Source of the DNA: Octopus vulgaris
Taxonomy: Eukaryota
Length of the DNA stretch: 64,000 nt
Assembly: GCA_951406725.2 (NCBI GenBank)
Contig: OX597825.1
Location: 88,536,001-88,600,000, forward strand
Direction of reading: 5' to 3'
Shown: in pieces, positions 38,501 to 53,170 of the stretch
Numbering within the stretch: position 1 is the first letter of the stretch
Layout of the letters: each line of letters begins with the position of its first letter
Translations under genes and position numbers: made by a program
Notes under the pieces: generated by a model
Seen by the model: only the letters and a program-made list of their open reading frames with translations
Database searches by the model: none
Told to the model about the DNA's origin: nothing

Positions 38501-39428
38501 GTGGATCAACTTCTACAAAAACACCTGTTTTTTCCCCATTTACGTATATAATAACCGAACGCATACATGAACACTAAGTCATTAATGATTTGAAAACGTT
38601 CGTTATTTATAGATGATTGTTGCAAAAAATATCTGCAATAATTTAAAGAGCGATTTTTTCTCATCTTCAGATAAATTATGTAATTATACCCAAGATTATT
38701 GCTAAAGCAAAAATATTTCCAAAGAAGTGCAAATAGATGTTGTTATATAACTGTTCGCTCTCGAGATAGAAACAACATTATTCTGAAATAATTTCTTGTA
38801 TGAAGAAAACCATCAAGCAAGATTTATTGTGTAATGAATCACAAGAACTTTATCCAATATTCAAGAAAAAGTAAAACCCGTGTTGCCATTCATTCTAACT
38901 TAGGTGTAAGTAATTATATTTCCTATTAACTGTTCTCGACGTTTTGACAATTCCATTCTAGCAACGCTACTCTTCAACACTAAAAAAAAATAATAATAAC
39001 TCGTCGTTGATTGCTTCTGGTAAGGTATTTTAAATTACACTACATTTTAGTAGCATTGGCCATCAGAATGAACCGTAACTGTGCTCTCATTGGCAATATT
39101 GAGGCACTGATTGTCTCACACTTCACCGTCGTCAACCTATTTGCTACACAAAAGACTTTCAAAGAGTCATTTCTTACACTCTCGCCCGCAACTTGACACC
39201 ACCTTCTGCGTTAATGATTTTCACTCTGCTTTAGAATTCACATCATTCTTCATTTTCCCCGTCAGTATCGATCTCCCAACCTCAGTCATTCCCATCATGT
39301 GTAACCCCTAGTGACTCACCTTCTTTCGTTCAGTCCATATGATTACGAAGACAAACATTTTCGATGCCACGCATTAGGTATGAAACCGGAAAGATGCTTC
39401 TTACCCCAGATTCACGTTTGCATCTATA

Positions 39429-39464
<36 letters not shown>

Positions 39465-39819
39465 TTATATTTTTCTTCTTTTACATTAGTTTTGTTTTCC
39501 TTCGTATTTCGATTTGCTATATTACTCACAATTGGGTCTGATATCGCAGACAATTTATCTGAATAATTCATAAATAAAAGGCAATCCGTATTTCAGGTAA
39601 ATTTAATGAACAAAAGTAATAAACAGATAAAATTCCCACAGGGAATTTGTATAAGATTTGTATCAGATTTTAATTTTTTGTTTACCATCGAATACGATAA
39701 ATTGTAATAGGTTCATAATAATTATTTGAAATGAGAATCTTAAATTAATTCCTAATGAAAACTGAAGTTAACATATCTAAACTAGCTCGAAACTCATACA
39801 AATTCTTTGTATGTATGTA

Positions 39820-39899
<80 letters not shown>

Positions 39900-40549
39900 A
39901 AATTTATACTAATGGTTCCTTCTGTTTGCATTTGAAATGGATATATCTATTTACGAATAATCATTTTATTAAAATGTATATATTATGTGGCATTTTCTCT
40001 ATTTGTAGATTAAATGAGGATGAAAGATTAATAAGGTAATTAAAATGAGAAAAAAAGTGCAGTATTATGAAAGCGCTTCAAATTAGATAAACAGAGATTA
40101 GAAAATATTTCAATGATTTTATAATTATAAAAAATTATTTAAAGTAGGCGATTTTCAAACTAAATTCATGATTGTATCTTTTATTATATTTTTATGTGCA
40201 CAGTGATTTATAAATATTAGTCTCATGTGACGAGCTGTAGTTTGGCTTAGCAGAATACAATTCTGCCCATTAAAGTATGAATGTCTGGTCTGATGAAGTG
40301 ATTAAAAGCATTTATCTATGAATTAAAATCTCTATTACTTTCAAACAGACCAGAATTGTGATTTACTAACTTTCAAAATATTGTCCACAGCAATTGGCGT
40401 AGATATCATTAGAAATCGGATTTTATTGTTTAGATGCGGTTCTTAGTGGCACACATATACTTTGTAATACTCGATATATGGCGAGGGAATATGATAAATA
40501 AGATATTACCAATACACACACACACACTGAACTCAACACGTTTTTTCAT

Positions 40550-40705
40550 TCTCTCTTTGTTTATTGCCTCTTATTCGTTTCCCTTGAAGAACGTAGGCTC
40601 GAAACGTAGAAGACTGAATTCTTTTTTCCGAGCATTAAACTAATACACTTGTTTGTCGTTCCTACAACTGTCTTAAACTTTATTTTTCTATAAATTTGAA
40701 CTATA
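40550..40705 (+). mobile_element. family H hammerhead-like short repeat, decayed
   Basis: CCCTTGA-A-GAAC-GTAG-GCTC-GAAA-CGTA at 40581-40608, then CCGAGC...CTAATACA...TTGTTTG. Confidence 0.5.
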
Positions 40706-40726
40706 TATATATATATATATATTTAC

Positions 40727-40773
<47 letters not shown>

Positions 40774-40869
40774 TACACTTCATGCTGAAAGTGGTGGCCA
40801 TTATTTCCAGGCTATTATTAGTACGGCAATCTACTGCGTAACAATGTTGACCAAGGTGACGAGTGGAAT

Positions 40870-41810
40870 TTCCGCCTTCCACCCTAAGAGTGACACCGAT
40901 AGGCTGTAATTATTGAGAAGAAAGTGTGGGGGAGGTTTGATTAGTTGCCAGGATGTGTCGAAACAGAAGAAAACAGCCTACATTCAAATGCCGCGGAGCC
41001 AATGTTGAAACACACGAAGAATGCTGGTGTCATCAAAACTGAAAATTGTGTAACGAAAGAACAATTTAGACAGAAATTGAACAAAAATAATAAAAAAGAG
41101 AAACACCATGAAATGAAAAGAAAATGCACGGCCAGTTTGCAAGAGATGTGAATACAGAGGAGAGATGGCTATGGATGGAGCGGAGTGACTTGAAGATAGA
41201 AGCAGCAGCACTCAAACGCTCAGCTCAGCAACAAGCGTTAAGGACCAACTGTATAAAGTGGAGAATAGATAAAACTCCGAGTAGAGAAAATGCAGTATGT
41301 GTGGTGAGAGGGGTGGCACATCGTTAGAGAACGCCCGAAATTAGCAAACCATTAATAGGACATTAGTCATAGCAATGTGGCAAAATGATCCATTGGGACC
41401 TCTGTGGAAATCACGGCTTACAAAGAGCAAATACATGGTATGACCCCCCCCCCCCAAGGAGTCACCGAAGACGAGAACTGCAAGATCCTGTTGGATGTAA
41501 TGATCCAGTGTAACATCGGAAATTGGACATTGTTTTTGTGAATAACAAAGAAAGAACTTGTATGATGATCGACATAACATGGCCCGTTGATAAGAGGATC
41601 ATTGGGAAAGAAGGAAAAATAAATACTTATGATGATTTGAAGTGGGAAATAGGAAGGTTGTGGCCAATGAAGAGAGTTGACGGGAGAGCAATTGGTGCAT
41701 TTGGAAGAATCGGCGCTCAACTACCAACATGGCTAAAAAGAAATCGGTGCAAAACTCAGCATTGCTTGGAACTGTAAGAATTCTTTTTAGGGTTCTTGAA
41801 GAATAACCCG
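40870..41810 (+). pseudogene. R4/Dong-like non-LTR retrotransposon 3' relic (restriction-like endonuclease)
   Basis: MHGQFAR, W..SDLKIE...AQQQALRTN, IHWDLC and DIVFVNNKERTCMMIDITWP...YDDLKWEIGRLW; frameshifted. Confidence 0.82.
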
Positions 41811-42279
41811 TAAGGAGATATGCACCTGCTATTACATACAAACTGCACAATTACGGAAACTGCACACTTCATCAACACTTCAAAAAATCAAAGAAAATAT
41901 TCAAAAATTCAGCTCATAAACTTGTATATTGATGATTATTTTTACTATCAGTAATTAAAAACAGAAGAAGGTAAGTTGGTTCTTTCCAAGGCCAAGGTCA
42001 GCGCTCTCATTGATCGCTAGTTGTAGTAAACACATTTGATCTCTGTTGACCGCAAGGGTGTGATGCTTCATTGTCTCCGGATTGCACAGGGAAGCGAAGC
42101 ATCATTGTTGATCTTCTCACCATCTGCCGAACCTATTTAGAGACCTGTGGAATATGGTCTATTTACGAAGCTGCTACTATTATTTCTAATACCCTCTCCG
42201 ACCCTCACATATTTATGATTATCTCAAGTACAAGACAAACGTCGAAACTAAATGAAGATAAGACAGACACACACACAAA

Positions 42280-42890
42280 ACTGATGGCTAAAAGTGATTT
42301 AAAAGCGGAAACAGAGGCTCTAATCTGCGCTGCCCAAGAGCAAGCATTAAGAACGAATTACATCAAATACAGAATAGACAACACAGCAGAAAGTGATAAG
42401 TGCAGAATATCTTAACAAAATGATGATACCGTATGGCATGTTACCATGCCACTAGCCCAGAAGGAATACAAGAGTATGCCACTAGCCCAGAAGGAATACA
42501 AGAGACGTCATAACAATATAGCAAGCAGTGTATATTGGACACTTTGCAACAAGTATGGACTTGATAGAGCAAAAAATAAGTTGTACGAACATAAACCCGA
42601 AGGCATAATCGTAAATGATAAAGCAAAGATCCTATGGGAGTTTATGAGTCATTGCGACCATGAGATACGGAATAGGAAGCCGGATATAGCTTTAATTCAG
42701 AAAGAAAGAAAGCTTTGCTGGATCATAGATATAGCATGCCAAACTGAGAACAATGTATGCGATAAGAAAGAAAGAAAAGTCAATACATAAGACAGGTTAG
42801 CTTGGGAGTTTAAAGCAGTTGTGGTCACTGAAAAGGTGGTAGTAGTGCCAATAATTTTTGGAGCCCCGGGAAGTGAGTAAAAATCTTGAT
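42280..42890 (+). pseudogene. second R4/Dong-like relic
   Basis: SDLKAETEALICAAQEQALRTN...DKCRI; LAQKEYKRRHNNIA...YEHKPE...KILWEF...RKPDIALI...CWIIDIAC (RHN and PD..D motifs). Confidence 0.85.
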
Positions 42891-43053
42891 ATAACATTAA
42901 TAGATGTGCAATAGAAGGATGCGTCTCTTTGTTGTACATCCAGTAATGGAACAAATTTGTAGTAAATTTTCAATGTTTATATTAAAATAGATTCACCAGT
43001 TTTCTCCATCATTTTTATCTATATATGTATATTTCTTTGTATGTATGTATGTA

Positions 43054-43100
<47 letters not shown>

Positions 43101-43375
43101 AACTCGGTGATCAAATGCATTAGATTCAGATATGCCATGCAACTCCCGGGTGCTGTAATATTGGAGGTTCTAAATAAAACGAATTGAATTATTCGAGTAA
43201 TGCAGTTACTTCAAAAGGGACACCTGGTGTCTGTCACGTAGCATTATGATTGTCTCGTTACAATCCAGTGTCTTCTCTATCGCGCACATGAGGTCATTCA
43301 GTCGAATGTTATCTGCTGTAATAAATAATGCAAAAAAGAAGGCAAAGTCAGACGTGTATATATATATATATATAT

Positions 43376-43688
43376 TACGGAGATGTACTTGCATAGCGAG
43401 TGACTTGATCTGAGATCGTGTGCTGGAACGAAAACAATTACAGTGTGGTAGGTGTTTATAAGCCACTTAAGAAGCACACAAAAACCGTTAGATTCACTTC
43501 AACTTTTAAATTTAATTTGTGTCAAAATATTTTCGTCGCTTTCAGGCCGCGAAGTTTGTCAGTGAACATGTCGTGGTCTCAAAGCGACGAAAATATTTTG
43601 ACAAATTAAATTTAAATGTTGAAGTGAATCTAACGGCTTTTGTGTGTTTCTTAAATGGCTTATAAACACCTTCCACGCTGCGATTGTT
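43376..43688. mobile_element. palindromic repeat (about 120-bp arms, 18-nt spacer) with one-sided tail, inserted in (TA)n
   Basis: 43433-43552 is the reverse complement of 43571-43688; extra 43376-43432 on one side only. Confidence 0.8.
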
Positions 43689-43698
43689 ATATATATAT

Positions 43699-43750
<52 letters not shown>

Positions 43751-43786
43751 GTATGCATGTATGTGTGTATGCAAATGTATGTATAT

Positions 43787-43960
43787 GTGTAAGTCAGAGA
43801 GTGTGACAATCGGGTCGTTTGAATTACAGGGGTAACTCACTTTTATCCTCTGAGGGGAATGTGAAATAAAATATCTTGCTCAAGAGATACAACACGCCTC
43901 CGGGACACGAACTCAGGATCGTGAAACGAATACTCTAATCACTAATAACGGTGCCTTTAC
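43787..43960 (-). mobile_element. tRNA-derived SINE fragment (family C-like)
   Basis: Minus strand reads TAGTGATTAGAGTATTCG...GAGTTCGTGTCCC...TCTTGAGCAAGATATTTTATTTCAC. Confidence 0.6.
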
Positions 43961-44951
43961 GAAATAAAGGATATAATTTCGAAATTAATTGTTTCATATT
44001 GATCTGCAATCCTCAATAGAAAAACAATTCAAAATATGTTCAGATCCATCGAATTAACAGACATTTGTCCAAGATGTTAGATAAAGTTTAGAAAAGGATT
44101 TATATTTTTGTAGTTTCCGTTAATCCGAAGGCTTATCCGGTCTTCTCTTTTGCTGTCTGATCTGCGCCTGAGTGCAGGTGAGGTAAGTCTATTGCAAGTA
44201 TTCGCGTGAAAGCTCTATTGTAAGTACAACTCATTGTGTTGCGCCCACCCGCAAATCACAGAGCGCAGACAATTGTAAATTAAACAGAAGATATATCGTG
44301 GTCAGTGTAAAGAAGATTAAATGAAGATTACATATGTTTGTATTTTAATATTTATTGATAAACTTAAATGGAATATTATATGTGTATATTAGCATCAGTC
44401 GAATATTGAACTCAGATTAATAACAGTCAACACATATACTGGTACGCACTGTATTTGCTTTTTTTTTATATCTTTCATTACACTCGGTTATATTCCGGTA
44501 TAATTCATAAGAATATATCAGATCGTGTAATGAATAAAATATTGCATCAATATTCAAATTTGGGATATCAGTAGCTGCGAGGCTTGTAAAATGTTCTTGA
44601 TATTAGAAGCAAATTGAGGTATATGACATGTTTACAAAAAGGAACTTTCATGTCTGGTAATATGTTTTGTAGATTATCAGATTAAATAAGAATTAGATTA
44701 AATGTATGATTGAGTCACTTTAGTCCATCTTTGATTATTAATACACTTCGGCAAAACAATAATTTGTGAATTATTAAATACGAACAAATATAGAGTTTTG
44801 CAATAAAAGAAATACGATTTCTGCTATACTTCATTTGTAACACTGAACATGATGCCATAACTCAGTTGTTAACTAATCTCTTCGCACCATCAAAGGTACG
44901 GTTGAGTACACCGTGTTCTCAGGAAAACATTTCATCTATATACATGTGTGC

Positions 44952-44997
<46 letters not shown>

Positions 44998-47900
44998 GTG
45001 TGTGTATGTATGCATACACACACACATACACGCACTATACATACATGTATGTGCGTGTATATGCATATACTTACACACAGTCATGTATATGTTTGTGCGT
45101 ATGCAATCTTATTTTTGCGTTACAAGTTTTGTTTAATACATTGCATAATAACGAAATTATTATAATGAGCCTTACAGACATTGTACATACGAAACTGAAT
45201 GTTTACACATCTCCTTACGCCCCGCCCCTTTTCAATTTGGATCGGTTTATTCACAATACGTTCACATGAAATGCTCTGTATTTCACGTTTGCCGCATTTT
45301 CTATAAAAGTGTTCGTGTTTATAATAACTTATATGTATTCTGTATCGGAACTGTCTTCCTATCATTCATCAACTTCTACAACAAGAAGAACACGATCTTT
45401 CATAATAAAATTTCCACAATTCTTTAGAATCTGCTCCTAGTTATCGAAGATTATTACGTATCAATAATGATTTCACAGCCATCTTTGGTGTTCAGTGAGC
45501 GGAACAAGGGAGGAAACTAAGAGGCCTTCTTCCATTTATACCAATTTTACAGAAACTAATCAATTCATTGCTAAACTTCATTAATTTTCCTTTTCTTTAG
45601 AATACTTCTTAATAAATTGTAAAATTCTTAAAGACCAAACGCCATTATAAATTGAAAGGATTCTCAAGTTTCTTCTATATGGAGTGATCAATCTGAACGG
45701 ATTTGAATATCAGTGTTGGACAAAAAAAGTATTAATCATATAACTGATGACGCAGTTGCCTAATTTGATCCGGCGCAATCGCTCTTCACGAAAGATTTAG
45801 TCGTTATTTTCAGTGTTTTATACTGTAGGTTAAAGAGAAATTTCAAACGAAAATGATAACAGTTATATCCACCAAACTGGAGCAAAAGGAGGGCCTAAGA
45901 AGTAAGAACTACATCGTTCATGAGTAGCAAAGAAAGAAAAGAGGGTTTAACAGGCTGTGTCAGGTCTGAAGTTACATGGCAAGATCTGACAAATAGGTAG
46001 GTCATTAACAATATAATATGAGGGTAGATTTCATCTCTGAGAATATACAAGTTTATTTGTTTAGCATGTCGGTTCATGTATATGTGTGTGAGTGGGTGGA
46101 TATGAGCTTGTGTGTGTGGTGAGCTTCACTGGCATTATTATAATGATCCTTAAACACCAAGATATTTAAAAACCGACTGCGATACCATTATTTACAGACT
46201 ACCGATCGCTGAAACAATCAACAGAAAGTTCGGGAAAAATATTTCACGGTTTCTCGTTCTCTCATGTTACGATATCTTTCATATTTCACGTGTGTTTTAC
46301 CAATGAGTCAAAGAAATTCTATGGTTGCTATGATTAATTATATCTTCTAAAGTGTTTACACAGAAGAGACAATGTCCAATAAAAAAAGGGCGTATATAAA
46401 TCTCTATACACATACGAAGAAGACCACGATTCTGATTAACAATGAAACATGCATAATAAATAGAAGCTGCTACAAAATGAAACAAAATAAAAAGCCAATA
46501 TACTATCAAGGACACAAATAAGGACATAAACCTCATCTATAAAAATAATCAACAAATTCCACAGTTTTTTTTTAGATAAATAAGGTTGGAATATATTATT
46601 GATAATTACTTTGCCATACATGTAGCCATAAACGCAACATTCGTCGTTGGAGATAGTTGGACAGAACAAAAAGGATAGCATGAAGCTTTATTTCTCTATC
46701 TTTACAAGACATCACATATATCGCCCGCTACTGTCTATAACTCGATGCTACATATCAATATCTTTGCTAATATGTATTTAGCCATTAGTTATTCCATAAT
46801 GTATACATATTCTATATTACCCATTAAATAACCATCTTCTTTCGTACTTGATCTATTTAATAAATACACCTAAAGGAAATTTCGCATTTCAATTAAAAAA
46901 ATATGTATATATTTATGAAAACCAAATTTTGTGTTTCTTTGGAAAGTTATCCGTAACGAAACCGCGAAGTTCAGATGTAAATTGTTTTCAACATTAGCTG
47001 TTTCATTAGATATGGAGTTGAAATGCTTTTGATGTTTATGAATGCTTTATTGTAGATCTAGATCTGAGTCTTTGATTAAAGATAATAAAATTTGTCGTGT
47101 CTAAATATAGCTAAGCCTCTTATAATATGAGGAGATTATTTGAGCGTCGTGCATTATATTATTCATTTCGTTGGTGATTTTCAGATTCGTCAGGATATTT
47201 AGCGTGATCCTAAACCAATCTCTCTTGTAACATTTGTAGTTCAAACAAATCTTCATAGCAAGATCTCTTTGAACTCATTTCTTTTTATTTCATAAATATT
47301 GCAGTATCTTGTGCAGGAATTCCTATTACTTAAAATATGCCTGCATGTATTGTATATTTTTCTAACCTTATTCGTGTTTACTAGATTTTTAGAGCAATTG
47401 GTATGATTTTCTTTCCATTCATAATTCTTATCAGCCCCGTCTCTACGCTATATGTGTTCTGGCTTATTTCTTGTCCTATATAGATGTCTCTATAGACATT
47501 CAACTATTTGACATTTAGCAGTTGCGATCAAGCTATCGCGTCTATGTATTTTGTAACATACACTGTTTCTTACGATTGTCTATGGCAGTACTTTAGATAT
47601 TGTTGGGGCAGAGTCAGCCAACCGCCACGAGTGAGCGCGGGCGTATTAATTGAACCGTGGTTTCCAGAAATGCCTTGTCTGCTTACGGTCTCCTGAGCCG
47701 ACATCGTAGCATTCTCATTCCTATCACATTTAAATAATGAAAACATTTAGATTGTGACATCTGAAGAAAGGTTGGGTTCTACCGGCAACATGCGCAGATT
47801 AGAGCAACAGGAAATGATGCGCCACCCTAACATGGAATAGAGCTTACAAACTTTTAATCATGTGCCAAACGTACGAATCACTAATGCACAGGTCTTTACT

Positions 47901-49092
47901 GAATGTTATAAAGTATATCGTCTTCTGTGCATTACACTGCATTTATATAGTGATACCATATTTATGCTTTTGATGGATTTAGCTTAAATATTTCCGTAGC
48001 CAGTAAACGGCAAGCCACACGAGTTAAAATTGAAACCTATTGTATTTGTTTAAAACATTGATATGATGTTAATTGATTGTACAATATTTCCAAGTATTCG
48101 TTCTATTTAATTGATGACAATTGAGAATTGAAGCACATCAGATCATAAGAAAATGTTTGTGCGTTGGCAGATTCTAAGAGAACATTTCAACAAATGGTTT
48201 ATATCTCCCTGTCAAGATGGTGTCTCTGGGTGGTTGAAGTAATATACCACATATTTCTATATATTACTCTCAAAAATGCGTCTCCGATATGTTGAGTGAT
48301 TTCAAGTCACTGAAATATCTTTAGTTATTATTCATACGATTGATTATTCAGCGAGCTGCAATGTTGATATTCTGGAGTGAGAAACGGATACCGTTGAAAT
48401 GTCTTCAGCCGCGAGCCTTCCAGTTTTATTCACTGCATATGAAATACTTTGTTTTTGCTCGAAGGAATATGCTGACAAGAATTAATATTCCAAATATTCA
48501 AAGGTGAAATAAAGATTCATATTTATGTCATTCATGTAAGTTTTTATGACACTTTAGGGAGCGTTGTGCCTTAAAATTTGAACCTTAATTCAATTTTATA
48601 TTTCCACTATGAATATTATGTTACATAAATTATTTGTGAAAAAGAAATTTTATAAAAGCAACAGTACTTAAAATGCATTGATATATCTGTATTCTAGAAA
48701 TAGCTTAGCCTCTGATAGCTTAGTATATGTATTCTAGAAACAGAATACAGATTCTAAGCTATCAGAAGAATATTGCTTGAGCATTTAAACAATGCCATGT
48801 GGTCATATTCGCATGGTGTTTTAAGAATTCAATAACTATTTGTTATTCATGTGTGACAGTGGTTAATTGGTGACCTCATAAACACACAATCAAACTGATA
48901 TGATGCAGCTTGATTATTCCTTGATGACCGATGGCTTGAGTCTTATGGCGTTCGGTTATTCAAGATTCGCAACAAAACCAACTGAGGTATTCGAACGATG
49001 ATATTTCGGAGAAAAACAGGCGATAATATCGACGGACGTATCAAAACTCGCCCTCTCTCTCCTTCTCTCTCTCTCTCACTCTCTCATAAATA

Positions 49093-49148
<56 letters not shown>

Positions 49149-49292
49149 TATACAGAGAGAGAGAGAGAGACGGAGAAAGGGGGACAGAGAGATTGATAGA
49201 TAGATAGATAGATATAAAACCCTGCCTGGGCAGTAACATTGATAATAATTTACTGATAGGTAACTGAGTTTGCTTTATTTCCAATCTATTGT

Positions 49293-49389
<97 letters not shown>

Positions 49390-51229
49390 AAGAGAGAGAA
49401 AGAGAAAAGGGAGAACTAGAGCGAAACTGGGTGAAAATAAAACGGACAGAAAAAGGAGACAAAAAAACACAATGGAAGGAACATTCGATTCCGACTTAGT
49501 CATCAGTTGGTAGTTGGTATCACTATGACGTCACGGGGTCGGTGCCACTGGATTTGCATTCTTTCGTCCTAAGAGTATATTTTAATAGATACAAAGTTTT
49601 ACGTCCAATGTACACCTGATGCTAAGTAGAAGTGAATGCACCCATTCTTTAGTTCATTGTTTTGCCGCATTAGTCATATATATTTATGATTGCCAAAAGT
49701 AGACTGGCCCTCCTGTCACTACATGTTCCAGTGTAACATTTCTTTGAAGTTGAAGATTTTAATCATCAGCACGTACATCATTCCGATTCTATCAACCGTT
49801 AAGATACGATAAATGAAGATAAACCCAGTGATACAGGAAGACACAATTATATATTCAGTTAGCTACTTCGTTATTAAATCATTTTTGTATCGCACGTTCC
49901 TCAAATAGTGAGCAGTTCACAGCATGACCGATTCTTTATGAAATAGTTAAGAAAAGAGTTGCAGATGTTTGACTTGAGTTACTTCTAAATAAGTAACTGA
50001 CTTCTCGTTTGACATTTCTCTTTAAAATACAAACAAAACATACAAAATATACGGAACACTAACAGAATTATTTTATATGCTGTTTTTTAATAGAGTGTCG
50101 TAACATTATCTAAAATTTATGAATTTTTTGTTTTTCTTATAAACTGACAACTTTAAACTTAATTATGCCATTTAAATCTAATTAGCATTCATTCACACAG
50201 ATGTGCTGAGCGTAATCAATATTTTTTGATAATGAAAAGCATTTTTATAAAAATGGAAATGCAAGAATGTATTCAAAATACTGGAAAATTAATAACCTAT
50301 AACATTCATTTAAAAAGACGGGTTATAGAATAAATTAAACGCGAAAAAGAAGATATTGAGTAAATTATAAGATGGTATATTATATTTCTGTAAGATAATG
50401 TAATGCAATTTGGAAGACATTAATTTCTGTCGTTTTCACATGTTTCTAATTGAAAAATAGTATTCTTTACAATAACCATTGTATTTTGAGCAAATTAAGA
50501 TGTACAGACATTCTTCTGAATATAATAAATATGACACTTAAATTTTATCCATTCACAATATGGATGTAAGTTGCTTAATTATCCAATAAATCTGATTGAC
50601 TTTTATTCAGGATTCTTATCAATTACGTCTGATTTCTTTTATATAAATAAAACATATATCTATTAGCGAATTACTGCGCTGTAAATTGTCACACTCGTCA
50701 TGAAAAGTACACTGTCTCCATGTTAATCCAGATAATGAGAGATATTAATTGGTTTTCCTAATTATTTGTATTACTTCATTACTATATTTCTAAAATACAG
50801 CTTCTAATATTGCAAAGAGACTTCACTACCCGCTGCCACCTGAAATAACGAAGACGTCAGGAAACGAAGCAGTTCACTATCGAATAAGAGACAAATCCAT
50901 TTCGTAAGCGGGGCGTCCTTATTTAAGGTGCTGTTTGAAATAAATCCGGCTACGGTTTCTACGGCAAAGAAGAGAGAAAATATTACCTCCTAACAATTTA
51001 ATAAATTTCTAACAGCGATAATTATTCCAGGATTACTATTCGTTCCAATTATACCTATTTGTTCAATGTCCTTGTTTGGGATTTAATGAACGAGTAGATG
51101 GAATAAAAGAACAATCCCATAAATATAAGCAGAACTTCCGTGTAAATATTCCATATCAAGAAAATCACCCACTCATACTTTAATTTCCTCCAGCTCAAAG
51201 CAACCCAAATATTTTCCATTTCCTAGTAT

Positions 51230-51530
51230 CTATATGCAAAATTCATTAGCCCCATACGTAATTCAAGCTTACAATACAAATACACTGCAACACAATTTCT
51301 TTCTCCCAGCTCTATTTAACATTATCCCAAAACAAAAAGGAAAAGATCCCGCTTCCTTGAAACGCAACCCGGACAAATTTCTTCAATGGATAGCAGATAA
51401 GCCACCTCTACTTGGTACGTCTCTGTCAACAACTGGACCATGATATCACAAAACTGACTTAACGGATCCGATCATGTGGTGCTATCAAGCTAAATGTGGC
51501 CGAGGTAAATCTTCGGACGCAATATATCTA
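51230..51530 (+). pseudogene. CR1/L2-group LINE 3' relic
   Basis: NTLQHNFF..PALFNIIPK...SLKRNPDKFLQWIADKP resembles the LFNxLP...FKxxLDxFL..IPD.P C-terminus. Confidence 0.6.
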
Positions 51531-51589
51531 AGATATCTAAGTTACATCATCTGTCTGTCTATCTATCTATATGTATATGCATATATACA

Positions 51590-51745
51590 ACTATATAGGG
51601 GATGAATTCAGGACAAAAAACAAAAGACGAAAACAGGTGGTGTAGAAAACAAACAAATATATTAGTATAACGCTCGGGAATTGAAAAAGTCTTTAACGTT
51701 TCGAGCCTACGCTCTTCCACAGAAAGGAACACAGAAAGAAACAAG
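51590..51745 (-). mobile_element. family H hammerhead-like short repeat
   Basis: Minus strand reads CTTT-CTGTGGA-A-GAGC-GTAG-GCTC-GAAA-CGTT-AAAG at about 51727-51691. Confidence 0.6.
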
Positions 51746-51768
51746 TTGTATATACTGTATATGTATGA

Positions 51769-51816
<48 letters not shown>

Positions 51817-51839
51817 GTGTGTGTGTATGTGTCTGTATG

Positions 51840-51890
<51 letters not shown>

Positions 51891-52523
51891 GCACTTATGC
51901 GTACACACATGCTTATAAATGCATGTAAGCCACAATTTCTTCTTTTTCTTCTATTTGTTAAATCATTTATTTCTAGAAGAGGACGCCTGGTTTCTAACAA
52001 ACAAAGAAATGCACTGACAATGAAGTTTGGATTGCAACAACGATAACTGCAATAAAATGATGTGTAAAGTTTATATTCCATATTTCGTACTCCTCCACTC
52101 TCAAATTGTATCTCCAAATTTCTTAATTACCACTTTTTTTTCTTTGCCAGATTGTGGAATAAGCATATTTACATACAAAACTGATTGTACCAATTACGAT
52201 TGGCATGAATGCAAATTTATAAGAGAGGAAGAGAGAGAGAGAGAAGGGGGGGTTGCAAACTTCAAAACTGTTGTCCATAAGCATCTCCGCCGCATTCGGT
52301 GGCTGTTCGTGACTTTTCAATTCGGTCTCAAAGCGATGTTGTCGTCAGATTCATCATATTTACACTTGCTGCAAGTTTCAGAGGTGCATTTTATATTTCC
52401 AGAGAAAAGCATCCTGTCTTATGTGTGTATGTATGTGAATGCATGTGTATATATGTATATATGCATGCAAGTACGCATACAGACGCGAACACACATACAC
52501 AGACACAAACACGCACGCACACT

Positions 52524-52585
<62 letters not shown>

Positions 52586-53170
52586 TGAATAAAGAAAGAA
52601 ATATACATGTGTGTGTGTGAGCCATTTTCGATTTCCCAGAGATTCAGTATGGCAACGCACATCTTCCTCTGAGGTTCATAGCGAAATCTTTAAGGTAACA
52701 GTAGATAGAATATATGGAGAAAGCGAAATCCACAGGCTTCACTTTGACCAATAGAGTGACAGGTTACTGTTGCAGAAAATGCGTGGGATTGAAGTTAGAG
52801 ATATTTCATTAAAAAATCCGTTTAAACCAATGTTAAATCAAACTGGAATTAACACATATCCATATAAGCACAAATACACATTATGCATATACTTCCAAGC
52901 ACATCTACACACATACACACGCATGCGCGCGCATAGATAAAGTGACTTGCACTCACGCAACACACACATATATACGCAACGCTGAATATTTGTAAGCACG
53001 TACACACAAGCATACACGGATACACAGTTGTGTGCAGATGTTTTCATGTTCGAACTCTGTCATACCCTCACATGCGATCAGTCAGAACCACACGCCTACG
53101 AATATGAGTTAACAGATGTGGAATCATAAAGGAAAGAACCACAATGAGAGACAATTAGGAAAATATAGAA

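Noticed and set aside
44140-44190. Possible exon ending in strong donor GAGGTAAGT
   Set aside because: No convincing acceptor, reading frame or neighbouring exons; such motifs arise by chance.
52027-52584. 185-aa ORF
   Set aside because: Largely spans GA/TG/CA/TA repeats; the remainder has no recognisable domain.
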